Source of the DNA: Glycera tridactyla
Lineage: Eukaryota
Assembly: GCA_965644265.1 (NCBI GenBank)
Contig: OZ286459.1
Span: 73,656,001-73,720,000 of the forward strand
DNA: 64,000 bases
Direction: 5' to 3'
The position numbers and the translations under genes were made by a program. Below are positions 37,300-50,308 of the stretch, piece after piece. How positions within the stretch are numbered: position 1 is the first letter of the stretch; every line of letters starts with the position of its first letter. The notes under the pieces are model-generated. The model did no database searches. It saw only the letters and a program-made list of their open reading frames with translations, and had not been told where the DNA came from.

Positions 37300-38990
37300 C
37301 AGCCACAGACCCTGTCAGGAGTGCTACTCACTCTAATTTTGTATGGTTTTACAGAAGGGAATTTAATTTAATCTGAACAAATAAGATTAGTTGTACAATA
37401 GCTGTTTAACACATTCCAACATTGATGCTGGAGGTGCTTTGCTTGGGAATATTTGGCATGCAAAAGTGAGTTTATTGCATCAAATGTTTGATTGTTAGAT
37501 CCCTAATTACAGAACTTCCTCCTTTACAGATCACATTGCAATGAGGTCAGCAACACTTTGTTGATTTCCATCTTGATGGTTCCTAAATATCGGCTCAAAA
37601 TATTGTTGAATTCCCCTGCTATGTTTCAATGTATGGAAGCATCCTTTGGATCAGCACTCAGACAGCCAAAAAGAAATGTTATTTCATTTTCTACTATTTG
37701 ATCAGGTGCAGTTACCTTTTGATGTACATCAGTTTTAAATCCTTTCAATGAATTGAAGGCCATCTACTGAGCAATGCTGGATGCCATTTCATGAAAATAA
37801 AATCATCACATTTATTCCTGGGGTAGCATTTGTTAATATATGTCTTTATCTCTGATGTTCAGTTAGACCTCATCTGTGTATTGCAAGATGCGACGTCATA
37901 TCAACTCGGGATGCACCTGTGTGAATATCTGTCCATGTTCAACAGAGTGCCCTTCCACAATATTGAGACAGATTCCTTTGAATGCTAACCCTAAGTTGAG
38001 CAACTACCTTCCATAATTTTCAATGTGTATCAGTCAACATTGTGATATGGACATAGTTGTAATTGGACTTTTAGAGACCATTTATATGATTACCGTGACA
38101 TTTTTGCCATAAGTATGATAAGTCTATGTTGCTAATGTCAAGCTATTCAATCACGCGATCTTTTGATGAGACCCACAGATTTTATAGAAACATTGAGGAT
38201 CATACTGTATGATTGCTGTGAAGTAGCCATCAAAGAAACATGCCAATGTTTAACATGTGACCTCCAATTGTGATGTGGAACAGCATAGGTGCATGGCTTC
38301 TATCCACGGACTATATAACAGGTATTGGGAATCCATGTGATGTGAGATTGATGATTGCACAACCACAGGAAGGTATTCTTAGACACTGTCATCTATTATT
38401 CTGTTGTGGCCAGAATCGCCCATTTCAGCACATCAGCTCTTGAGATATTTAAAGGAAGCATTGGTCTCAGACAAAGTGGAATCAATTGTGGATAACTTCA
38501 CAGATAGGAAACCAATGATCCAGATGTGAAATAAATGATGACTTTCATCAAAGTACACACAAATGACCAAAAGTTAATCTTAGGTTAGAAATTGGTCGCA
38601 TGATAAAAACAAGAACCCACAGCAGTGAGAGTTTGGCTTCTTTTCCCCACTGAGTCTGTATTAGAAGGGGGAGGGGACCTGAGGCCACTGATACACACCT
38701 CATAGGGAGTAACGCTGATATTTCACTGACTTGGGTACTTGTTACAATACTTGAGCAGATTTGACTGTGACAGACACCTTTCTTCACAGAAACCACAAGA
38801 TCAATCAGTGAAGATGGCATGGTGATGTGACAATATTTTTCACAATAATTGAGACTGTCACCAGAATAGGGAGAGTGATTTTTATTTGCATTGAGGTTTG
38901 ATGTAGAGGACCATATGGTGGTCTCATACATGGGCAATATTGATGCTGATGAGTGTTCTCTGATGTTGAATGCCATTCTATGCAATGGGG
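37300..38990 (-). mobile_element. Highly degenerate LINE ORF2 (APE + RT) remnant
   Basis: Correctly ordered but eroded motifs: MRPP (YRPP-like), SLIDLVVS (~38800), IDLS (~38125), LQYTDE (YADD-like, ~37870). Many stops. Confidence 0.35.
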
Positions 38991-39003
38991 GTCGATTAGT
39001 GTA

Positions 39004-39216
39004 TAGTTTAACCTGCTCAAGAACCACCTTTCTATAAAGACCTTTCTATAAAGACCACCTGCCTATAAAGGTCACCCTGAACTGCAACTGTGATAGTGAA
39101 TGACATCCATAGAGATACATGATATCTATACAAGGACCGCATCGCTTATAACCATGTATCTCTATGATGACATCTCATTAAAGACCACTTTTTGATGTGG
39201 TGGGACAGGCCTTACT
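39004..39216 (+). mobile_element. Degenerate TA-MITE family A carrying a nested 59-bp element
   Basis: Repeated TATAAAGACC motifs as in 60954-61113. Confidence 0.65.
39108..39166. mobile_element. 59-bp hAT-like micro-MITE
   Basis: Perfect 14-bp TIR CATAGAGATACATG (39108-39121, 39153-39166). Perfect 8-bp TSD ATGACATC (39100-39107, 39167-39174). Confidence 0.88.
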
Positions 39217-39689
39217 GTTCATACTTGTGATCATACTGGACATGGGAGTGAGTTCTTTCATAAAACTTTCCTTTCAAAAATCTCATGGTGTTCAATCTAG
39301 CTTTGCACATGCATGCATATGTATGCTTTGTGAACATACATAGGATTCAGGGCAGTATTTGTAAAAGTTGTTGATGGTGTTAAGCTAGAAATGGGCACTA
39401 GAAGGAGGTAGAAGAGGAAGCTGTGTTAATGATGTTTGTCAAGCTGTGCTTGTTGGGTCCACTATCATTGATTAGCTCTAATGACAGTTACACACCCCAC
39501 AAGCTTCTTCCCTACCACCCACAACATATCAATGTCTCACTGCTCTCTAACAGATGGAGTAAAAAGAGCAATGTCCAGACGAGCTAATGCCAGATTGATG
39601 ACCGGCTGCCTGGTGATCGATGTGGACTGGATGACTGCTCATTTCAGATCAGTTTAGTTTATCAGACAGGATATCACTGCGGCTTCGTA

Positions 39690-39902
39690 CCGTATATTGC
39701 CATATACACACCCATCCCCAATTACAAGCACACCCTGTAATTCAACTCGACCACGACACAACTGATGACCTGTTGAACGCATGTGAATCCTGAATAATTG
39801 TGTGTTTTGTGATAAAAGTGTCAGATCCACCAGTCTTCACCTGGTCGAAGTCAGTTCCAAATAGACGCACATGGCACTGCGCTTATGTTCGGCAATATAC
39901 AG
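39690..39902 (+). mobile_element. CCGTA-ended TA-MITE (213 bp)
   Basis: TA-CCGTATATTGCC ... GGCAATATACAG-TA. Confidence 0.65.
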
Positions 39903-39922
39903 TAGTAGAGTATATATATGCG

Positions 39923-40690
39923 CCTGACCATTAGCTTAGTAATGGACTACGCGAATATTACCATCGGCTTAGTAGTGGAGTATGTGACCTAGGGGTGGGA
40001 CGATTCATCGCAATTTCGATAATATCGATCGTTTGCAAAAGAAACAATCGTTTCGAAACTAGGAGGTGTGTTTCGAAGTGTTTCGAAATACAAAGAAACA
40101 TGGCTGATGAGTTCTCACAAATGCCAATAAATACAGAAAATGCACCTTGTTTAAAAAACCATTGCGTAGGGCCCGAATGATGCAGATTTGATGAACTTTT
40201 TACTAGAAATGTCTTTATATTTGATAGTAATTGGCAATATTTAAAGGCCACCAAAATATGAGTGGCTTGCTCATGTCACTCGCAACCAGGAGGACCACAC
40301 CAGACTCCTGAAAGAGGGATGCATGGCATTTCGTTTCGTCATTCATTTCGCGAGTTGTGTTTCTAGAAATGTTTCGTATCGTAACCAAAGTGTTTCGTCC
40401 CAGCCCTAATGTGACCCTGGTCTGTAGCTTAGTAATGAGGTATGTGAGCCTGACCATTGACTTAGTAATGGACTATGTGAGCCTGACCATTGACTTAGTA
40501 ATGGACTATGTGAGCCTGACCCTTGACTTGGTAATGGACTATATGAGCCTGACCATTGGCTTGGTAATGGGCTATATGAATCTCACCATTGGCTTGGTGA
40601 TGGACTATGTGAGCCTGACCATTGGCTTGGTAATGGGCTATGTGAATCGCACCATTGACGTAGTAATGGAGTATTTGGGCCTGACCATTT
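39923..40690. repeat. 33-bp minisatellite interrupted by a hAT MITE
   Basis: Unit CTGACCATTGACTTAGTAATGGACTATGTGAGC. Two units left of the insertion and about 8 to the right. Confidence 0.93.
39990..40408 (+). mobile_element. hAT-type MITE (419 bp), copy 2
   Basis: TIR TAGGG(G/C)TGGGACGA. 8-bp TSD ATGTGACC (39982-39989, 40409-40416). Confidence 0.93.
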
Positions 40691-41567
40691 CATATTCAGA
40701 ATTGCAATGTACTGAGAGAACAAGTTATTGAGTTTGAAACAGACTGATTTTCAATTTGAATGGCTGTATCTTTATTCAAACCCATGGTCCAGCTTATCAC
40801 TAGATCAGGTTTTCACTTGTACCATGAATTAAAGATATTTTATGAAACATTCCCATGGTACTGTAATCATGTATTGAATTGAAGATAATAGATAAGATAA
40901 TACAAAGTAAAATGTTGGTTACAGCCCTCACACTCATGATGACACATGCATACATATAGGCAAGCCCAGACTTGAAACTAAGTATTTGTAGCCTGATGTC
41001 TGCCAGTCATGATCTGAGATGAATTCAATCTTCCTGAATCATGTATTCAATTGTTCAATTTTTCCGTAGTTGGCTGGGATAGTCAGTTATGAAATTAATA
41101 CCTAGCAATTTATAGGAAACACTCAGTTATTGGCAAATACTGCTCCATAGATGCTCCATAGATTTTCTGGGACTCCACCTGCAAAATTTATCACAAGTTG
41201 TGAGTGACCCATTGATAGATCTGTGAGCTGGGGAAGGCTTCGCTAGCAGCAATCATTGCTGGTTGACTTGCTGAAATTCTCCTTGTTCACTCAGCAAAAT
41301 TGATGAGGTGAAATTGTACCCCTGGTTGATACGCGGAGAAGGCTTATATGCGAGTATATACGGTAAGCTAGAAACCTTGAATCTGCCATGATGACAGAAA
41401 TCCCTCAGGACAGGATTACCTCATTATGTCATGCAGGGTTGGTGCTCATGATATCCTGTATACATTTGATTTTCATATTGATAGAAAAGTGAATTATGAT
41501 GATGACATTTGCTGTGATTAGGACAATGATGTGATTATGATATAAGTGTCCATTTGCATTGTCTGTA

Positions 41568-41715
41568 CAGCCAAACTTGACTTAAGCATGGAGCTTTAGG
41601 AAGTGAAAAAAAAAATGTGCTAAGAAAAAGTTCATGCTTGTAGTGGGAAATACTCTGATGGTATGAACAAAAACCTGTTGCTTAATGCAAGTCTTTCTTA
41701 GGACAAGTTTGACCC
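41568..41715 (+). mobile_element. TA-MITE family D, degenerate
   Basis: TA-CAGCCAAACTTGACTTAAG ... CTTAGGACAAGTTTGAC. Homologous to 15699-15870. Confidence 0.65.
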
Positions 41716-42272
41716 TATGTCATACATGAGAAAAATGAAATGAGAGCTCACCTACTCGCTCACCGGCTTGGCTAGTGATCCACAGAGTATCACTCTCAAA
41801 TACTACAGAGTTCGCTAGTGATTCATGGATATATTAGCTGCCCAAACTTTGTTGAATTTGCTGGAGATCCAGGACCAGTTTTAGTTTCCAACTGTTGTAA
41901 AATCTGCCAGTGAAAACAGATCATAACCGAAGCTGATTTCTATATTTGGATAACTTGTACAGTCTTAGTGCAATTTGTACATTCCTGGACTTATGATTGA
42001 TTTTCTGACAGATTTCAAGCTTTTTTGAATGATTGCACTGGGATGAAGTAAACTCCCAAGCATCTATCTAACATATGGGAAAGCATCATCTAATATTGCC
42101 GAGATATTGACCTATTCCATATATCATATAGATATTGGAACTTTCCAAATTTCATCCGCATTTCACGCTACTACTATTATTCCAGAATGAGGTAAACATG
42201 CATTTTCCAGGATGGAAAATATGAAGATATTTTGGGAACAATGCATTCCCAAGGACAGAAAATATGAAGATA

Positions 42273-42447
42273 CAGTGAAACCTGCTTGAGTGTAAGCCTG
42301 TGCTAGGCGAAATCCTGTCTTAAGCACATAGCCCACAGTCTGCCCGGATGTCTTTTTCTTACTATAATTGTCCAGTGCTAGGCAAAATCCTGTCTTAAGT
42401 GGAAGAAAAATTTGGTCCTGTGACTTCACTTAAGACAGGTTTTACTG
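42273..42447 (+). mobile_element. TA-MITE family E (175 bp) inside a 43-bp tandem repeat
   Basis: TA-CAGTGAAACCTG ... CAGGTTTTACTG-TA. Internal direct repeat TGCTAGGC.AAATCCTGTCTTAAG. Confidence 0.88.
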
Positions 42448-43643
42448 TATCTAGCAAATGATGCATTCCCCAGGATGGAATACGTAACTTAATTTCTCGC
42501 TTTCGACATGGTATATGGATTGAAGATGTGCAGCTACTCATATCTGGAGGGCCTCACCAAGTTAAACCGATAAGACCATGCCTGGTGTGGAGAGTGGATC
42601 TCTATTTTGACTCAATACTGATGTAAAGTTCATATAATAAACACTCGGGAAGATCAAAATAAATGATGTGTTATGGGATAATATTGTTGGGTCACTGGGA
42701 GAAGCAGAGGTGGTGTGAATCATGGAGGTTGATCTCAGCCGAGGATAAGCCTGTAATCAAATTTGGGTGATTATCTGCAAGGATGTGTGAGGCATTTCCT
42801 TGCTACCGTTGTGTGTCTGTTGCGGTCTGAATTATTCAGGGCTGCTCCTTCTTTTCCCAGATCGAATCACCAATACTCAACCGTATGATTCGCAAACTCA
42901 TACTCTCACCACTATTCTTGGAACTATTAAAAAAGACATCTAATATGCATGGTCTGAAAAATTCTTTGTTAAAAATGGCCTGCTCTGCTCCGTTTCATTT
43001 AAAAATTGATATTTTCTATTTTTGAATGTCTGCCTTAATTTTTCTCTGGCTCAATAGGTGGCAATACAAATAGATCAAACAAAAATGTGGACATTTGCAT
43101 GCCTCCCTCGAATGTGACCATGTGATTCTATTCAATACTATTATAACCTGTTGTGCAGTTTTTTTGCAGCTGAAGCCATTCTTCTAATCTCTCATGATAT
43201 GCTCTGCATTTTTCATCCCATTTTCATGGTAGTGAGTGCCGGTCCATTTATCCAAATAGGATCTATCCTCAATGAGCTTATGGAACCAATATGCTCACAC
43301 TGAAGTGGATGGGGCATTGAATTTTGTGATGTGGGGCTTGCAATGATGCCATGATGCTGTTGCTGGATCTGCGGATTAATACCCTTGGATCCAGCAATAG
43401 ACTCAGAATGCTTCTTTTCTGAATTTGAATTTATCACAGATGTAGAGATCACCACTCACTCAGATATGTGGTTTGGAGGAAGTCAGTGATAAAGAGGAAG
43501 ATCATGATTTTTAGGGCCCGGTATTTCAGATGTGCTCTATCCATAAGTGTAATGCCAGACAGAGAATTGAAGTATTTTGAGCGTGTTGATTTTACCAGTG
43601 GAAATACCCATAGAAAACTTGTTGCCATCCCTCATGCCCATGA

Positions 43644-43928
43644 TTTTATTTTCCTCCGCTGAAATGCATGGGGAATATAGAAATGGTGGGTGTCTGTCTG
43701 TCCGTCCATCTATCCTCTGTCTGTCCATCCATCTGTTCATGACTGTGCAACTTCTCATCAATTTCACATGCAATTTTTCACCACACTTTCACAGAATGGT
43801 CATCATCAAGTGCTGCAGGGTTTCGGGATTGAATACTTTTTTGAGGAGTTATCCCGCTTTGTTTGATTTTATATGCAAATTAGCACTTTGTCAGGGGATA
43901 GATACACTGTCTGTGACAGCTTCTTGTT
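43644..43928 (+). mobile_element. Helentron/HINE-like element
   Basis: 5' imperfect stem (ATTTTCCTCC..GGGGAATAT), (GTCT/GTCC/CCAT)n tract, GGAGTTATCCC, and a 3' hairpin CTGTC-TGT-GACAG then CTTGTT. Confidence 0.6.
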
Positions 43929-46098
43929 GATTAGAAGACAGCAGCACTGTTCAAAAATCACCTGTTGGATCATGTAGATATACAATGACCATGCACGAAA
44001 GCAAAACCCAACTTCAGGGCTGATACAGTGTAGTCGGACATTGCTGTGACTGAAAGAAGATACCAATTGATACTCAAGAACTTCAAGTCACCAAATATTT
44101 CTAGAGTATATCTCAAAAGGTTGTGGTCAGACAAACCATGATATCTATGAATTGATATTATTGCAGCAATTCTATTCCAGCAATATTCATGGATTTCTTC
44201 AATCTATTCTCTCCCCCCAAATACCGATTCATTGTATAGGAGAGCAGTGCGAGATACCTTGTGAACTGCTACCAGGGGTACGTCACCAGTCTACAACCTC
44301 TGCCTGCAAGCTGGATGGCAAACCAAAGCCATTGCTCCATCTGGTGACCAAGATTGCTAAAAGAGTGGCCAAAATGTCATAAATTGTTCCTGGGAAATTG
44401 TCCCATAAAATCAATTCCAAACAAGGTCACCAGGTGAAATACAACCATTTCAATTGAACGCATGGATTCTTTTTTTTTTTGAAGCTGAGTCATCGCACAA
44501 TCGCACAAACATTAGTTTGATAGCCTTTGCTTTTATGACAGGGTTAGTTTGGGTCACTTGATTTTAGTCTGGTGGATAACTCTCTCCAGTGTCACATAAG
44601 CAGGGTCTGTGTAAGCAATGCCTGCAGAGGGCTCACCAGGATTACATGGCAAACAAATTCCGCGGATTGGCACATGCCCTTAAACCTTTATCATACCAAA
44701 CCAAACCTTCCCCCACTTATACACGCACAGGTTATTCCTTTGCTCTGAATGCTGTTATTGTCTGCTAAACTCCTGCTTTGCTATCGCTATATTCCTTGTC
44801 TGTGAGATGTTCTAGAGAGCAGATGGGATGGATGATTGGTGATTGAAGTCCCTGCAGGGTGAGCCGAAAGTAAATATACCAGACTACTATATATAACCTA
44901 GTGATTGATGAATCCAGTCAACACTTGCGTTTTTTTGTCGACCATGAGTCAAGTTCACATTACTCATCAATCATACACCCTTATTGAAATTTTTTCATGA
45001 ATCTAGCTCATTCATTGACACCCTTGGAAATCCTGGCTCAGTCACCATGATGTGAGAAAACGAGCGTGGTCAATGCAGTCAATGCCCCTATAAAACTCAG
45101 TCTGCCTGAATAAAACATGTCAAGTTCTTAGAAACCAATAAATTCATGAACGGAGACACGCCTAGTACAAGTTGTCTTGGATGCTGAAACCTGCTGTATG
45201 TAAAATTCATGTTGTAGAGTAACTAACGGAGCACATTGGTTGAGCATCCTTCAAACCTAATGAAGTTCTTTGAGCACTGCATTGGCTTTAAGATGACAGT
45301 GCATATCTGGAGATACAAGTTGAATATTTTCCTAGTCTAATTCATGTATTTCCTTGTTTTAAGCACTGTACTGGGATTGAAATGAAAACATTGTTTCCAT
45401 GCGTGGGCCCTGTTTCCTCAGAAGTTACATACATATACAACATGGAGATATAACATCAATGGGTTTTTGTTTCTGATCAATATTTGATTATTGGATGAGG
45501 TGGATTGAAAGTGAATTTTAACTTGAATTGAGCCAAAACTATGAGGTCTAGTTGAGTAATTATTGCCAATTCTCTGTATGGTTTTCATGCTATCAAAATT
45601 CAAATGAGAATTGAGATAAGACTCAAAATGATTTTGTAATCTGAAAGGGTGATATGAGCACATGGACTTGTTCTAGTCAATCCTCAGAAGAATCACTCTA
45701 CAACTCAGTCATGTGTCATTGTACCTGTAATATTAAACAAGAAATCTTCTTTGGAAGCAAACGTAATTATTCGATGGTTATTGCATGCAGATTGTCTGAA
45801 ATAGCTTCATTACTCTACCATTGTTGCAGCCATTGTCATGAAGGTATTCTTGCCAAGAAGAGTGTGGCATAATCTTCTTTGAACAACTGTCTGATGACTA
45901 CTATCAATGATGGGTATCTATTGCATTGTGGTCATGTGAGACCCAGTAATTTACCTGGAAGTAGATTGTTGTCTTCACTGCAAGTCAGCATCCACTGACA
46001 AATTATTTTGAGGTAGAAATGTATAGATACAAAAACCTCATGAGCAGACCCAATTGGACAATTTGGTGTTGTATCTTCTATTAAAATGTAAGAGAATA

Positions 46099-46261
46099 CA
46101 GTTGAACCTCTTTCGGTCACATCAAAAACTGGCCTTCATAGGGAGGGGGGCTTTATAGAGAGGTCATTTACTGTTGAAGATACTACCATGGTTGCAGCTC
46201 AGGGGGTCTAAATAGAGAGGTGGTCATTATAGAGAGGTAGTCTTCAGAGGAGGTTCAACTG
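46099..46261 (-). mobile_element. TA-MITE family A (163 bp)
   Basis: 12-bp TIR CAGTTGAACCTC/GAGGTTCAACTG with TA on both sides. Reverse complement of the 60954-type body. Confidence 0.85.
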
Positions 46262-48359
46262 TAGTACTACTTTGTGTGGAAGGAACGCCATCTCATCAGA
46301 ATTTATATACAGTGAAACCTGCGACAAGAGACCTCCTGATGAGAGACCACCTCTGATGGTAGACTGCTTTTTCACAGCAGTATTCCTATTTGACATAGTC
46401 ACATCTCGGACAAGAGACCATCTCTTCACAGACCACTTTTGGGTGTGATTTAGGATGGTCTTTTGTCACGGGTTCGAGAGTATGAGAAATTTGGAGGGTT
46501 TATTATCAGGATTCAAAACAGGGTCTATATCAAGACATCCTGGCCACTGTGTTATCCTGTGAGTATACTTCAGATGGCCATCTATCTTTTGTACTTTCAC
46601 ATAGTGTTATATATGGCCACTCATCTATGGATTTGTGAGCTCCATTGTGACTAGAGTGAACCTTAGGACTCCTTTGTGTGAAATATCTGCAGTTTTTCCA
46701 GACCTGGACATTATTAGATAATGTTCACCACAGAACTAAGAAATCTTCAGTATCTGTTTATATTTCAGATATGAATGACAATCAAAAAGCACATCAAACT
46801 TAGATGAGCATCTGCTAAGCTGATAAACTTCAGCAGGCAGTTGTGCATGATCATATCTACTGAGAAGGTTTATCTTCAAATTCAATTGATTGTTCTGATA
46901 GTAAGCGACGGGAAAAGAAATTGTAGGAATCAATTATTCAAGTTTGATATCTGCGTTTGATTCATAATTGAGGCAGGTGAAGTCTGGAAGTGTGAAAGGT
47001 ATATGGAGTCAGCCAGGAGCTATGTGAGTTGTTGTGTGTTGAGATCAGCAGTTGGGGTTTATGAGAATGCAGGACAGGGTTTATGAGATTGTGGACTCTT
47101 GTCTGGGTAGGGTGAGAGTAGTTGGGAGCAGTGTGTAAATGGATGGCGGCTGGACATTATTGCATGCCGAGTCTTTACAGAACTCCCTGCCAGGTCTTAG
47201 TGGCAGGCTAATGAATTGCAGCACCCACCTCTCAGCCTCTTTATTGGATTACAATCCTCTGATTTGTTAGTCTCATCTCAGTCGCTCGGGTGTTCGTCAC
47301 CGATGTTGCTTTGTGAGTGTTAAATGGGATGATGAGTTTTTGTGGAACCACGAATAAGCAGCATTTCTTCATTTGAAGGTCATGTCCACCAAGTTGGGAG
47401 GAAGTATTTCAATACCCATGCAATCAATGGTATTTTTTTTTCTGCTCTGAAATTCCAATCACGGACTAGTGATAGTCAGCAGACATTGCCTTCTCAGCAG
47501 ACACTGCCTGTATCACTTTTCAGAGTACCTTACAAAGCTGGCTCTGGTATGGAATGTATTCTGTACATAAAACACCTACACAGTATTTTAGTACTGTGGA
47601 TCCATCTATAATGCATGACTGTCAAGCATCCACTATGGTGGTTCACATAGAGATCAGGGCATTCCACAGCAGGAGTGTCCTCGTTAGCCAATAGGATATT
47701 TCTATGAGAAATTGGGGTAGCTATACACAACTAATATACTTTTGGGTGATATAGACTGTATATTCTCTTATATCACAGTCCAATTAACTAGATAATATAT
47801 TTTTCTCCAGTCTCATATGATGTGACTTGGGTTGATGAGGTAATAACCATCATAAACTCATTCATCAATCAATCAATGAACCAGTTCACTCTATCTGTCC
47901 CTATAATCACCATCTCAAAGATTTGTTCCAAAAAATATTCCAACACAGATCCTTATTTCAGGATTTATCACTTCACTTTAAGTAGGTGTTCTAAGATTTA
48001 AAAATAATTCTGAGAAGAATCCTGATTTCAGCATTCCAGCTCATTTCACGGAGATCAATACCTGTAAATTGGAATCCACTGTCCATGTGATGAGCTGTGT
48101 ACATTTAATTATCCCCATGAGTGGTCAGATAAAGTGGTTGGGTATTGGAGGTACACCTGGGCATGTAAACTAGGCAGGAGGTGCATAAAAAACACGTTGT
48201 TTACAGTCAGAGTTCAGACAATCTAAAACCTACTGTGCAGAATACCCTTGATCAGATGTCATCCTGAATTGAATTGAAACAAGTGATCTTCCATGGTAGT
48301 TCAACCGTGGCTGAAGTATGTACAACTCACAAACTGAGTGTATGTTCATGCTAACGTGG

Positions 48360-48548
48360 CTGAGGTGTGTCTGAACTGTCAGCTACTTCCACTCGACAAC
48401 CTTTCAGGTTCCCCACCTTTTTGTGTTAAGAGTTAGTGAGAGTGATGTCTGCAGGGGGAAAGAACATCTAGCATTCATTGACCAGGAACACACAGCATAC
48501 ATAATCCTCCAGGTTGATACATGCCATAAACCTTGAACAGACAAAAAT
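48360..48548 (+). mobile_element. SINE-like family 1 copy
   Basis: GGTGTGTCTGAACTGTCAGCTACTTCCAC..GTTGATACATGCC.TAAACC. Confidence 0.75.
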
Positions 48549-50142
48549 CACAAACTGGTTTACTTTGTTGGAGGTACATTTGATATTTAAGATAAGAGAA
48601 TAAGTTCTTCTTGCATATTGCTGGATATGCTTATGTCCTGACTCATGAACAGCTATGTATCTCACAGCATGACTTGTGTTCTGTCTCATTACTTTCGAAC
48701 TAGTTTTGAAATCTCCTCATAGATGAAGTAGCTGACCAACCAAATATAACATGACTTACATGTCTTAATCTTCATCCATGATAACATGACTTCTTTCACA
48801 AGAATGCACTGACAATAAAGTTTTCCCGGGAGAGTGATTCTTCCAAACTGCTCTCCCGATGGGAGAGTGGCGAAATTTTTTATTGGGGACAACTGGCGTA
48901 ATCTGGCAACAAAGACTTCTTGGACTTGGTGGGAATATTGCTCACTATTGGTCGCTCACTTTATTTCAACTGATCATTGACAAATGATTAGCCGCGAAAC
49001 TACTTTATATTGAGAGATTGCTTTTTTTCTGCTGGATGAGAGAAAGACGTCATCATTCATAGGTGCAACCTCATTGGAGCAGGGAAATGGAACTTGGTTT
49101 ATATCGCATTCTCTATCATCGACACCTGGACTAGAATGTATTCACCACGAGATGTGTTGCCGAGGGTACTCGACTACCAACAGAGCACATGTTGTTCGAT
49201 GCATATATTTCCATTTATATTGAAATCGGTGGGCTTGATATGTTGGACTGGATGACCTGCAAGGGTATGATGTTGCTCAGTCATTGTTGTGCACGACTAA
49301 CGCTGTTCAAAGATCACATCATGGCAGGAATGAGATTGCTTTACATCAATCTACTTATTAGACACCATCAAGTTTTGTCTTGATCAGCCACGCCAACCAG
49401 CTTAGCATCTGTACATCGGCCTTGATTCCTTATATCCTCAATGGTGTATATTCATGGATTAGTCATTCTTCTATTCGCTCAATTATTTCGTTATGACAGT
49501 GATGCTTCTGTCTTCGTCTTCACCTTTTCTGTATTATCTGGCCAAGCCCCTTCTTGGGAATGATCATATCAAGCGAAAAATTGGTGGAAAAATTCATGAT
49601 ATTACTCTGTTGAATCTATCGCAATATCATGAATATCAAACATCAATCTGTCGAACTTACTTAGGTTGTTCTTTGATCTCAATTTCTGATAGAGTGAAAA
49701 AACATGCCAATCAAATTGACAATATAAGTCGATATGGCTGAGACAGCACCATCTTCATCAGGGTATCGACAAAAGGAACTGCAAGCATGTATTCATATTT
49801 AGCCATTCAATTAGGATGCAAGCGGGATGAGGGCCGGCACATCCTCCCAGCAATTTACAGGGAGATCTTACATCTATCATGTGACAAGATCTTAATGAAG
49901 AAGTCATATGACAACACAAGTAATTCACATTTGTCAAGAGCTGGTGAAAGGGTCAGATGACATCCCTAAAAGCTTCTGAATAATTTCCAATATTCTACTG
50001 TAAGTACTGTGAAAATTCTACATTGGAATGCACCTCACTTGAAGTGCCATCTGGTGTAAATTGTACAATGGGAAACCCTGGTTAGAATTTTTATAATGAA
50101 ATCATGTTATTACTTTTGCAAAGTTCCTGGATACAATGAATA

Positions 50143-50308
50143 CAGTAAAACCTCTCTTGGAAGACCACCCCAAATGCCAATCACAAGCAGTCTCCCAAAC
50201 AAGGTGGTCTCTCATGGAGGTATATTTGACTATGCCAAATAGAAATGAAACGATGACAAGTAGTCTCTCATAATAGTCAAGAGGGGCCTCTCAAAAGAGG
50301 TTTCACTC
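50143..50308 (-). mobile_element. Degenerate TA-MITE family B
   Basis: TA-CAGTAAAACCTCTCTTGG ... AGAGGTTTCACTC-TA. Body GGTGGTCTCTCA..GAGGTATATTTGACTATG. Confidence 0.75.

Noticed and set aside
40357-40731. 124-aa ORF with LTIDLVMDYVS repeats
   Set aside because: Translation of the 33-bp minisatellite, starting inside a MITE.
42540-42605. Slight similarity to the 5S rRNA internal promoter region
   Set aside because: Too diverged to align over 120 nt.
49000-49470. Possible RTE RT remnant (NINGNICIEQ..TLG)
   Set aside because: Single weak motif, with no recognisable YADD.
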